A stretch of DNA of 62,209 bases, filler included, from Choristocarpus tenellus KU-1152 (taxonomy: Eukaryota > Protista > Phaeophyceae), in assembly GCA_964200185.2 (NCBI GenBank). It is 12 parts of 12 records of this genome, joined end to end, with 100 filler letters (N's around TTAATTAATTAA, not from the genome) between each part and the next. Parts side by side here need not be neighbours in the genome. Positions count along the whole stretch, not along the records: positions 10,253 to 15,442 come from CAXNAD020011566.1; positions 15,543 to 21,572 come from CAXNAD020009124.1; positions 21,673 to 30,505 come from CAXNAD020004281.1; 9 more parts are not named here. One strand, written 5' to 3'. This document shows, piece after piece, positions 11,380 through 22,872 of this stretch (positions are counted from its first letter, which is position 1; each line of letters opens with the position of its first letter). The position numbers and the translations under genes were made by a program. Below the pieces are notes generated by a model. It saw only the letters and a list, made by a program, of their open reading frames with translations. It did no database searches and had not been told where the DNA came from.

Positions 11380-14340
11380 TTAGCAGCTAGGCGCTGAATA
11401 ATCAGTAAAAGTGTTGAATTTCTTGAAGCAGGAGTCTTCCATGTAGAAAGACAAGTTGGAATCCTTGTTCTTCATGTACTTTGTCATACTCGATCCAATG
11501 AAGGTTGCAAGTGGAGCAGATGTGGTGATCTTGTTAAAATTATTTTTCTTGAAAAAGGTCCTGTCTGCTTCCTTCAGGTAGATTGGATTTGGATGGTCTC
11601 CTTTCACAGTATTTTTGCTGGGTGAATATAGCAGACAGACAAGTAAGATAGGTAAGTGCGCGCAACGTAGCCAATTTTCCAATTCAACGATGACCTAGAT
11701 TTCAAAAAATTACGTTTTACTAAGACACTACACAAGGCCAACTTTATTCATCAAATACTACCCATCAAGAAAGTACACACTATTCGCAGTTGTTCAATTA
11801 ACATGAACTTACAACCATCGCTGGTCTGATCTACCTGCACATACTAATTACTAGACACACTACTCACATGAACCTGTTCTTGATAGGCCTTCCAGTGGTG
11901 TTAGGAACGTAGGGTGCATCACTTCCTTGGTATGTGTAGAACGTGTACTGCCAAATGTCCTCGAAAGTATTCTTCATGATCTGGTTGCACGAGTTCGGCA
12001 TTTACATGTCCAATATTAAAACGTATATTTTCGAGGTGATAGGCATAGTTTCCCACAACATACAACCAGAACAAACGCATCTGTAGATCAAACCCATATA
12101 CCGACAGTAAACTTTGAAGTAAAGGTTACATCAACATTCTCTCGCCTTATTATTTCCGCCGCCGACACTGATTCGAACTCCGTACTTGTTGTCACTGAAG
12201 GTGTTGTCGTGCACGTAAAGGTTGAACGACTCCATGATAGCTAAACCGGCATCAGCATTGCTATACACCGTGTTGTACGCAACCTCTGCATCATCGCTGG
12301 ACCTGTGCAGGAAAATCCCAGCATTACCGCCATCCCAAACCTTGTTGTTCATGATCTTCACATTGTTGCACCGCTTTGAGGCAATGATCCCGTGGTTACC
12401 ATTGTTCCAGACCTCATTATCACTAATATCAAGATTATCACTATCGTCATGGGGGTCGAAGCCATACTCCCAGTTGTCGTGCATTTTGTTGTTCGTCCAC
12501 ACACCACCCTGAAACATGTGCGTGAAAAAACGAGGAGAGGCGTACAGATATTTACCCCTGTTGTTAGGTTCCACACAGGATTTTCGAATAGATTTGATAC
12601 AGACCTCAAATACTTGAAACAAATTTGATTCAAGTAACACCCTCAATTTGTTTATGTACAAAATATCTTACCTCGTGACCGTATGTGTAGAGACCAAACC
12701 CTGCAAGGCAAAGACAACAACCAAGAGGTAAGGCGAAATGTGAGAAAGTTTTTGATGGGATAAATACTGTTTCAACGTGAAAAAATAGCTCGGTAGCAGT
12801 TCTCAAATTTAGTTTGAAATACGTGCACACATATTCGAAAACGCCTGCCCCATTCGTACACTATTACTCACACATGTGATGGATGTCGGAGTTTTTGATA
12901 TCTCCGGTCACCTGCACCATATCAAAAACTTCGGGGTTGCTCTCATCTGCGCAGTAGCCCCTTACCTACACAGGGGACAAGGAGGACACATGTTCAGGGC
13001 AAAACTACCGTCTCTGCTGCAAGCAATTACCATCTTACCAGACGATACCAACAGGAATGCATGCTTGTGTCATTCTTTACAATCCAAGAACGTATAGATA
13101 CCTTGGATGTTAGAGGGATTCTTATGATATTGAATTGATATCTCATTGTCTTTCCCCAGACACACCTTCAAAATGTGAGATGGCATACAAACCAAATATC
13201 AAATACCTTGTATGTTAAACCATAGGATTCGCTGGCCTGATAACCAAGGTAACCAATTTCAGAGTCTATGATGTCCATTCGACACTCCCCCATAGTGTTC
13301 TTGGCAGCCCCATTCCCACAATCCTCATCCAGATCTGTTATTATTTCAGATATGCAGCTGATGTAGGCACGCCCATTGGCTCTCTTAGCACCAGAGTCAG
13401 GCTCCTTCTTGTCGTAGTTCCACCCATAAATCTGAAATTGAAAGGAAAATACGCATGATGTTAAACAAATGGGGTCAACAAAAAATATCAAGAAGCCGAG
13501 GGAATCGCAAAAAGTCAATCTGGGCAAAGAAGTTACGAGATACAGGTAGCCCACGTAGCCCACCTTTCACGCATTTGTACTCCCCGACATTGGAGTGTGA
13601 GGTATCGGGAACGACATGGACTGTGTGTGAGGCATTAACCATTCACTTCGTTCTCGTTCATAGAATTCGCACTCCTAGATTCATATCCAACTGATTTACG
13701 TGCATGTCCGATGGATACTGCGCTCTGACTTTAAAGGCAGAGCATGGATTAGATTTCGTGTTCCCCATTCCATAAGATCGATAACCGACACTTGAAACAT
13801 GAATTGCTGGTGAGGGGTTGTAAGGCATGACTTTCTGGTGTCTACTCTCTTCACAAGCAACATCAGGAAACAGACAATAGTAGGGTGCAATTGCTCTGTA
13901 GCAGTCCTGGCATATTCTGTACTCATAAGAAAGGTATTATTATTCCTCACCTTGGACTTATAAATGCTAAGGTTGCCTCCATGTGCACGGAGATTCAGGG
14001 CGGGAGTGTTTTTATCACTAAGAATGTAAAGCTCTTCGTTATGGATTTCCAGAGTCGATCCATCCTCGACGTATAGTTCCGACGACAGCAACCACTTCCC
14101 TGTTGGCACTCCATCCATCACGATGTCCATGTTGTCATCAAGAACGTTCAGGGGGATCGACTTAATTCCAGAGTTGTAAATGTCTGTCAATGTTGCGCAA
14201 CAGCCACTCGCCGAGCTCTCCACATAAATACGATCGGATGTTGATGAGTATCGGATTCCATCTGCAATGCAAGTACATGCTCCTTCCACAGCAGAGACCA
14301 AGAAGGCCAGTGAAGCTACGATTGCCAAGAAGGAGGTCAT
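11380..14340 (-). CDS. Secreted mannuronan C-5-epimerase (AlgG-like right-handed beta-helix), complete, 483 aa
   Basis: Seven in-phase exons: 14340-13951, 13431-13207, 12965-12872, 12700-12672, 12508-12146, 11980-11868, 11617-11380 (1452 nt). Signal peptide MTSFLAIVASLAFLVSAVEG. Motifs NLRAHGG, GRAYISCISE, MGECRMDI, ESYGLT, the catalytic YGFDPHDDSD, NHGIIASKRC and GIFLHRSSD are typical of brown-algal MC5E. Confidence 0.95.
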
Positions 14341-15406
14341 CTTGTTTGGAGAAGCCTTGATCCTTCCCTGCAATTTTTACTTGAGTGGATAAGAGTTGGA
14401 CCAAGGGATAAGGGCTAGTACCTTGAATGATAGAGAAGATCTGTAACTTTGGTTGACACTAATTCATACGTTCATCCTATTGACGTACTATCGAATTCCT
14501 AACCCCTGTTGTGAGGCCAACGTCTTTTCTGGAAATATGGTGGGTTCTCTGACCTCAGGCTCTCCACCCAAGCTTGTACCACTTTGATTAGATGAGGCGA
14601 TGTGAAAGTGTTGTGAAAGGTGTGTTGGGTGAGATGTGGTTAGAGTTATATGAGAACCTAAAGAATAATCCAAAAGCATATTATTCTTGTACAGTAAATG
14701 GTTGGTTTTAAAAAATAGACTAATATCATTTAGTGTTAGAAGATGATGTATATTGATGTCCACCCATTATTCAGAATGATATTTGTCGAAATATTGTTCG
14801 AGCAATATTTCCTACCCATAAATTGGACTCATCAGGTTTTCAGAACCTTAGAATATGTTCTATAGAAATCTAAAGTACTGAATTAGTATACATATACCTT
14901 CTAATATATGAGATATATGGACACGTTTGAAGGTATTCTTACCTGCACACAATACCCCTCAACACCCTATATCGGGGTGATTGTGTTGACAAAATACTAA
15001 TCTGTTGCACAGTCTTCTATAACTTTAAATGATAGAAGTATTGTGAAAGGAACATATCTCTAATTCCCATCAAATGATCAAATAATAATCATAATATGAT
15101 CAAATGGAGATCTTAAACGTCTACAGAATTAATATGGTGACGATATTTAATTGTCGAATAGAAATAATATTTAATTATAGATGAAGTAGAGAGTACGTAC
15201 TACGTTTGGAGGGAAAAGACAGTGTTGAGGATTGCTACACCCAACACAACAGAAGCATGGCATGGATGGGGTAGTGCAAATAGTTGCAGTCAAGTGATAG
15301 TCAGTAGTTAGTATGAAAATTAGTGCGGAGTGTAGAACCCTCGGACCACGGGTCAGAATAGTCCCCAGACCAAAAGTCACAAAATGACATCGGAAGTATG
15401 ATATAT

Positions 15407-15442
15407 TCAACACCTTTGCGGTGGAAAGTTTTGGGCGCCTCG
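15407..15442 (+). mobile_element. 5'-truncated 3' fragment of RLE-type non-LTR retroelement
   Basis: TCAACACCTTTGCGGTGGAAAGTTTTGGGCGCCTCG matches 34287-34322 and is the exact inverse of 10253-10283. Confidence 0.7.
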
Positions 15443-15599
15443 NNNNNNNNNNNNNNNNNNNNNNNNNNNNNNNNNNNNNNNNNNNNTTAATTAATTAANN
15501 NNNNNNNNNNNNNNNNNNNNNNNNNNNNNNNNNNNNNNNNNNCAGGAGTCCTATACGTACATCAGCATCATCTATAGGCCCGTAGATTGGAGCTATACA

Positions 15600-16560
15600 T
15601 CCTATGGAGGTAAGCTTTCAGGGGCGCCTGTAACACAAATACACTGGGATACAATTAGCTGCACGTCAATGCAAGACCTTGGGACTGTTACTATACTTAA
15701 CTACTTCCCAAACTGATTGGAAATATGTAGCAATGCCATCAGTACTGCCCACATCAAATGACAGCTCCTCTGTACGGAACATAATCTAAAACAAAAGGGC
15801 GATCGTCTTCTGGTTCAAAATCTTGGAGGGCTCATGGGGTAGTAGCTCCCTTCTCTTTGTCCTATCCATAACAAAACGCTTACAAATACTCTATATGTAC
15901 GTAGTCTGACTAATGCTAATCCTCTTTGCAGTCCAGTCACTGAAATCTTACTTCTACAGAGTACTCCTCGAGCCACTAAAAGAAATCCTCACTTGAAAAC
16001 TGGTCCTCAATCGTGGAGCATACCCAAATCATAACATGATGCGTAGTTTTGCATTCCTGCAACCATGAGGTGATCAACGTGGGAGGGGATATCACTGCAC
16101 AAATCTTGAAATTATCTACATAACGAAAGACACAGGGGTGTGCTCTGCACTGATCAAGAACATCACTGAAGTATATATTTGCTTGTTTGGTCCTATATAT
16201 AGTGCTTTCAGTGAACGATGACTATACCTGATCACGGACCACATCCACCACACAAATGAGCATAAAGGTCTCCTTTTTCTCAGTCTGAATATTGTTTTTC
16301 AACATCTCATGTACTATTCCCCTTCCATGATATTCTCCTGATGCAGGCAATAGAGTGTCAGAGCAAAGGTATTTTGACAATCTAATTCCTTAATCTGACG
16401 GAAGTTTTTTTCTACCCAAATGCACCCCATTCCTCATTTCCTGTTCCAAACTTGATATTTCTCTTGTGTCCACTTGGTTTCAATTGTTCTGCGTCCAGGG
16501 GATAAATTTGCCTCCAACAAATTATCATTCAACAAACCAGTCACTTCTTCAGCTCTAGCT
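15600..16560 (-). mobile_element. Degenerate Ty1/Copia reverse transcriptase remnant
   Basis: Minus-strand LNDNLLEANLSPGRRTIETKW and NFRQIKELDCQNTFA correspond to Copia RT LVDLPPGRK.IGTKW and GF.Q..GIDY.ETFA. Multiple stops. Confidence 0.55.
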
Positions 16561-16939
16561 CAATCCCAACACTCACATTCTGAAGAGCTTTGTGCTACTT
16601 TTACAGTTAGTCTTGGTTTCAGGAGGAAGCTCATCTGCTATCACTTGACTAGATCCATCACCTATATACATAACAAGAGCAGTCTTAATGGTTAGAGATA
16701 ACACACATAAAAAACACTCTGACAACAACTTGATATTGCACCTGGCAAAAAAGTGTTAGGGAAGGTTTGAACGACGACCAATCTGGTACAGTGGTGCACA
16801 TTTTAATGCTGTGATTGTGTTTTTCTGGTGTCCAATCACTGGATTCCCCTTCTACTTTTGCTGTCAGGATCTGTCACAGGTTATGTGTGTTAATGGCGTT
16901 GTCATAAACGCAATTGAACTTGGAGTTCTTGATGTTATA

Positions 16940-18330
16940 CTACCTCTGTGCCATAAGTTTGTCTAGCAAAACATCTGGGCTCGCCGAGCGAGAACAGCGC
17001 CAAATCGGATGATATCCTCACGGAATGAAATCAGGTTGACAATCTCAGCTTTCAGAAAAGATGGGGATCGAGGATTATCAGGTACAAACTCGAGGTGCTT
17101 CAAGCTGTCAAAGTAGGGGTGCTTTGGGGAGACTTCGAGACCAGAACTGGGCATGTCGAGGGTCAGAACGTTGGCATGGCAACCCCCCTGTTGACCCCCC
17201 CATGTAGGAAGGGTGCCCAAGTGTCCCTGAACATCAGGGGTTCACTTGCAGTGAGGCACATCCTCGTGATGGTCCCTGGTGAGCATAAACTGTCGCAACA
17301 CGTTGGGCCGGCCCTCACAGTGGAGTTTGGAGTGTCCAGGCATTACATCTGAGGGCTCTGGGAGATTTTCGCCGATCAGCTCGCCCGCGGCCACACGCTT
17401 GACCTAGGGGTGGCAACACGTAGTGGGCGGTCTTCAGAGCTCACACTGACCAAGATGGCCGCAATACATAGAATCGACTCCGATAATCGGCCATCCACAG
17501 TTCGTCAGGTGTCAATGAAGATGACCACCAAGGGGCTGAATTATTGCACGAGCATCGTAAGTAGGTGGTTGGATGATATGGGGGTCATGCCGAATTGCCA
17601 CTGGATCAAACCCAACTTAAATCGTAGCAAAAGGTATGGAGAACGGACTTTGTTTGTGATCAAGTGGACTGGAAACATGGTGTGTACACCTCCATGGTGA
17701 ACACGATCCATATGGATGAAACCTGGTTTTACGTGTTGGCTGATGGGGAACGGGTTAGGGTATATGCACATGAGGATGATAGCGACCTTCCAGGGGTCCC
17801 CTATACTGTGCAGCACAAGAGTCATATCCCCAAAACCATGATCATTGCAGCCAACGCCCACCCAGATTCAACTCACAGCTTTGATGTAAAGCTTGGTGTT
17901 TGTCGTGTGTGGGTGCCAAAAACAGCAGACAGGACAAGCAAGAAACATAAAAAGGGGGATGTGTATGAGCAGGACTGTACTTTAGACCATTTGTGGTAAA
18001 GGAAGTAGTACACGGAGGAACTACTGCCTGCAATCAAGACCAAGATGCCTTGGTTGGAGGGGAAGCACAATTGTCGTTCAGCAAGCCACCCCCCACACGG
18101 GCAAGGGCAACTCAGAAATCTTGTCAGGGTCAGGGAAGACCGAGGGGTGGTCAATTAGGCTTATGACGCGACCATCTAACTCCCCTGACCTCAATATCAT
18201 GGACCTATGCTTCTTCAGGTCTTTGAAATGCCGGGTGAGAGGGCTTGGCAGGTCCTTTTTGTGGTGTACAATCAAGTACTTAGATACAAAGGGGGGAATG
18301 ACTTCAGTGTGGAGCACACAGCGATAAGGA
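16940..18330 (+). mobile_element. Degenerate Tc1/mariner transposon, plant-mariner (DD39D-like) type transposase pseudogene
   Basis: Frameshifted motifs TIHMDETWFY, QHKSHIPKTM, FDVKLG, LLPAIKTKMPW, IVVQQ..PHTG and RPSNSPDLNIMDLCFFRSL. Left end TA|CTACCTCTGTGCCATAA resembles the Stowaway/mariner TIR CTCCCTCCGT. Confidence 0.88.
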
Positions 18331-19444
18331 AGGTGTGCATAAAGTGCAGAGAAGAGTGAGGGAAGCTCACAACCATCCTAAAACATTGGGATTTTATTTT
18401 TTATTTGAATGTCGGAAAAAGCGTCCAAAAAGTTGCAGAAAGACAAAGGGTTTGGAATTTCATAAGCTCATGGTCAAAAGTTGGTTTGGAATCATTTTGA
18501 AAAAGAGGTGCACATTATTTTTCCAATAATAAGAGATGAGGCGCGTCTCCCAAACACAAGGGGAACGTCTAAAATAGGGGGTGACCTAAAAACAGGGAGG
18601 GGAATCTATGCACTAACAACTTGGTTGGCCATTTAAGTTTGGTGTAAAACCGCAACAACAATGGTGTATCATACACATACTCAAGTATATGTCATAGGGA
18701 TACAAAATTACATGCTCACACCCTCATGTTTTTGATTAAGGCACACAGCCCGGTGCACCACCCACGCTTCCCAGGTACCTCTCCCCCACTACAGATAGGA
18801 ACTATGCATATACCTTCCTTCTTCTGTGGATGGATGTCAAGCTTGAGGTGATGTGTTTACTTCGCATTGTATGAAGAAGAGTGAAGAGTGAAGAAGTAAA
18901 GGTATTGGAGGAGTGTGGTGGTATTGCATAGGTGTTTGTGCACCAAGCAAGGCAGAGAGCTAAAATGTGAACCACACACACGTCCATGAACAATAGAGGG
19001 ATAGTGAAGAACAAAAGGAAGCATCCCTTCTCTTTGTTCATACAGCGTGCAATATACCAACATTCATTGACAGAATCTACTTGAGAGGGGTACTCAATTT
19101 TGAACCATTTGAGTGGCAAGGTTTTGATTTTAGACCTTGCACAAAATACACCATGCCCAGACCTGAAATGAACCTGCCCTTCTTTATCAGGGTGTAGCTG
19201 TGGAAGAATACAAGCTGTGCATGCATTGTTAAGCAGAAAGCACCCTCAACAAAATCTTGAAACACATCTTTACCACAAAAAGCAGTTAGAAGACTCTTAA
19301 GGCTAAACATTACTCCATTAGACAACCTACCTAGATACGATTAATTGTTGAGATTCTATCCATGAGATTCTGGCGCTGTAAGCGGCAAAAAACGCAACAA
19401 ATGAAAAAAAATGACAACCAAGGAAGCTGTGCAATTTACCTTGG

Positions 19445-19903
19445 GTTGCACGTTACGAAAACGGGGGTCAACCAGACGGTAGAGGGGCCTGGTTGGAATT
19501 AGAAAGAGCTACGGAGGACGCGCGGAGGACGAGATCCCCGTGCAGGTCATCACTTTGGAGGCGAAGCTCCCTTACTACGGTGCGCGGCGTCTCAGGACAG
19601 CACCGATTTCATCGTTAAACTAGAGCAACTATTTGCGGAATTCGAGGAACTCAAGCAGTTTAGATGCCCTCTTCATGTTTTCCGATTTTGGCTCCTTGCC
19701 TCGAATTCCGCAAATAGTCACTCTAGTTTAACGATGAAATCGGTGCTGTCCTGAGACGCCGTGCACCGTAGTTCTCGGAGCTTCGCCTCCAAAGTGATGA
19801 CCTGCACGGGGATCTCATCCCCCGCGCGTCCTCCGTAGACTCTTTCTAGTTCCAACCAGGCCCCTCTGCCGTCTGGTTGACCCCCGTTTTCGTAACGTGC
19901 AAC
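19445..19903. repeat. Long inverted repeat (fold-back) derived from Copia gag
   Basis: Arms 19445-19647 and 19699-19903 are reverse complements with about 12 differences; loop of 51 nt. Confidence 0.95.
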
Positions 19904-20460
19904 GATTGCCGATGCCGATCCCTTTGTTGCTTCAATAAGCAGGAACCATGACCCCTTGTTGTTCTTGATATGCGTGGCATGTGCCATTCGCACTGCCTCC
20001 CGAGATGGTGGTGAGCGTTTCAGGAATCTCGTAGTCCCTCGTCATAATCTCGTAAAAACCCTTTCCACCAGTGTGGCTTATCAGTGACAGTCTCCAAGTG
20101 GACCAGGTCTCCAATGACCTTCCTGTGGCCCCCGTCCAGTCCGCACGCAAGTTTCTTCAGGTCGGTGTCCATACTTCTAAGGCTTATAAACTGTGCAATT
20201 TACCTTGGGAGGTAATACTATTTATCAGTAGTGAAGACAAGAAGGTGTGAAGCTTCACACAATCCCCTTTGCTGAAAGGAAATAATGGAATGGAATTAAA
20301 AGGCTGTTTGTAGGTGTCTTCTATGGCTTGTTTTATTATTATTTGTCTCATACGTATGTCAACGGTTATGTCAGAGAATTCTAATTGCAACGCCATACAT
20401 AATCTAGATTATTTCATTAGTTACATCACATGAACTCAATTCAACGCAATAATCTCAGCA
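19650..20460 (-). mobile_element. 5' end of a Ty1/Copia LTR retrotransposon: LTR (20460-20192, TG...CA), degenerate PBS, gag N-terminus
   Basis: LTR TGCTGAGATT...GGTAAATTGCACA, then PBS-like GTTTATAAGCCTTAG (compare Copia GGTTATGGGCCCAG), ATG at 20172 and frameshifted gag ..WFLLIEATKGSASAIV..DGRGAWLELERVYGG..LEAKL..DFIVKLE. Confidence 0.8.
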
Positions 20461-21344
20461 ATGGGGATCGTGTGAGGCTCCCATCTCTTCTCTCCTCCTA
20501 CATTCTGACACAAACAGCAGTCAAAATCTGCACGCACACACCACACCCTCTTCATTGCCCACTATCGAGTGGGATGTTGGGATAAGGGGGAGGTCAAGTT
20601 TGGGCAAGGTAGAAGATGTCTTCTAGTTTAAAGGGATGGTATTGAAGTGGATGATTGGGGTGTTCTTGGATGAATGTGGAGTGTTGTGGAGTGGCAGTGA
20701 GTAGTGTGGTGGAGAGCATTGTGGAGGAAGGAGGAGTGCTGTAGAGTGTACTGGAGAAAGGTGGAGAGGATTCGCGGAAATCGGTCCTATTTGTTGGTGA
20801 CTGGAAACAAGTGGCGAAGATTGGTCGCACTGGCTGGTCATTCGATATGCAGAATTGGCCGCATAGTGTGTGGAGGGAAGGAAGAAGTGGTGCTACATTG
20901 GCTAAGTAAGGAGGAGGAGAGTTGATGGAAGGCAAATAAATGTTATGGGGCTAATCAAATAATCCAAAATTCGTGAGGAAAGTAAAATATCACACTCAAC
21001 ATCTCAAACATTCATCTCACGTCAAAACAATCATCTTCGCAATTGGAGTCCCAAAGCCGAGCCAAGTCGCCCACAACTCTCTGTACTTACTCGTAATCTC
21101 GCCAGGTGAAGAGATCATTCAGAAATCAGCAATGTCAAAATGCCTACCACCCAGTTCACTCGTTGAGAGGAGGCACGAACACTGTGCAAAATAGGACAAT
21201 AGTAAAGTGTAGCCTATTTTGTGTATGAAAGATTATGGCATTTTGATTGAGCCCATGTGATGAAACTAGTGAGATAGTACATCCAAATTATGAATGGGGA
21301 TTATGTAAGGGTTTGGTTCTGCATTCAACTACTCTGACAAAACC

Positions 21345-21412
21345 ACTGACTTATGTATGAGGCACAAAATAATAATAAAAACAAGCAATAAGAAGACACC
21401 CCACAAAGACAA
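21345..21412 (+). repeat. Fragment of a related Copia LTR
   Basis: TATGTATGAGGCACAAAATAATAATAAAAACAAGCAATAAGAAGACACC resembles the internal segment of the LTR at 20460-20192, in opposite orientation. Confidence 0.5.
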
Positions 21413-22240
21413 GTACTAGCAGCTATCACATCTAAATGCTACTAGTATCAGATATGTTGACAATTGAAAGCATACTTTTGCATCCATAATTCGTTTGTAC
21501 ATACTATATTTTAGGAAGGACCACCAACCCGTATAGAAGGAGGCTCAAAATCGAGGATGGAGCATACTATGGNNNNNNNNNNNNNNNNNNNNNNNNNNNN
21601 NNNNNNNNNNNNNNNNTTAATTAATTAANNNNNNNNNNNNNNNNNNNNNNNNNNNNNNNNNNNNNNNNNNNNCCTCACAAACCACCCTCCCCCCCCAGAT
21701 ACTTTGACTCTATGAGATAATGAGGCATCCTTGATGCCTTGGTGCGATACCATAACCTCGTCAATGTTTTTGACTAGTGTATCGCTGGCAATAGGTCACA
21801 GCAATGAGAGTGAGATGTCGATGGTCAACACCAAAAAGGTGTGTTAAAATGCCACATTGACTATGCCCTGGAAATGTTTCTTGACTCCACCGCGTCTCCA
21901 TTGGTCATTGATCAACGTTACAGCAGCTGATCACCAGACAGCTGTTGACCAACACTTGGTGATGAGTGATTGTGTGGTGTAGCGAAGGATGAGTACCACA
22001 GCCAAAGAACACAATCACACCTAAAATGTGTCTAACAGGGGCTGATACCTGAGCAGAGCGCACTCCTTGGTTGGGGAGTTGAAGAAGGAGCAGTTGTAGT
22101 CCTGTGAGTCACGCCACCCCTCACACGGTTTGGATCAAGCAGGATTCAAATATTCCTTTAACCTCACAACCCTTGCAATTTTTTTACCGCCCGTGTTTTC
22201 CCACAGGTCAACAATCGCCACCTTACTGTTCAAACCATAT

Positions 22241-22504
22241 CTAGAATTGCCCAGGAAACTTCAAGGTCAGGTTCTGCAGTCCTGTCCACCTCGTCAGCTT
22301 ATTCACCGCCTTATCATTGCTCCGCTGAAAGGTCATGTAGTGGAGCCCAACCCACCACTCATCTCCTTCCATCCGGTAAGTGAAGTTCTTCTTGAAGGTC
22401 CGCTGACGGAAATGCACCAGCCACCCAACCTTTGCCACGCTTTGGATGGAACCATCCCCAAAGGTAGGATGCCGGAGTCGTGTCGGGACCACCATATACT
22501 TCAT
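22241..22504 (-). CDS. Possible first exon(s) of an unidentified gene divergent from DDX24
   Basis: 87-codon ATG-initiated ORF with ordinary protein-like composition 370 bp upstream of the DDX24 ATG, plus an exon-like segment at about 22049-22101. No recognisable motif. Confidence 0.3.
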   Translation of the reverse strand: MKYMVVPTRLRHPTFGDGSIQSVAKVGWLVHFRQRTFKKNFTYRMEGDEWWVGLHYMTFQRSNDKAVNKLTRWTGLQNLTLKFPGQF

Positions 22505-22872
22505 GATGTCGAAGTAGAGCCAAAATATAGGCTAGATCTTTTTCCATACCCTATTGTCTTGATCGGTTCCGAGTTCTAGCGCCGACTAAAGACGATCGAC
22601 CATTGGATGATGAAAATAGTCTTCCCATTCCACTCCAGACGTTGTAACGAACTACCCACACGTCTAACCACATTTTCAATGGACTGGTCTCTGTACCTTC
22701 GTACTCGTTGGATGGAAAATGGAATTATTGTATCAAACATATCTTGTAATACGTTTTTTTTGTGTGGTATATTCTACCAAACTCCAAAACCGCGTTTCCA
22801 ACCCGCGCGATAATCTTCTCTCTCTTAAAGCTGAGGGATGGACAGGGACCTGTTCAACATCCACTTGCAAGA

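Noticed and set aside
7540-14340. Lipase plus epimerase as a cell-wall gene cluster
   Set aside because: They lie on different contigs separated by an artificial linker, so adjacency is not evidence of linkage.
11380-14340. Epimerase as bacterial contamination or recent HGT
   Set aside because: Six spliceosomal introns and brown-algal-type motifs.
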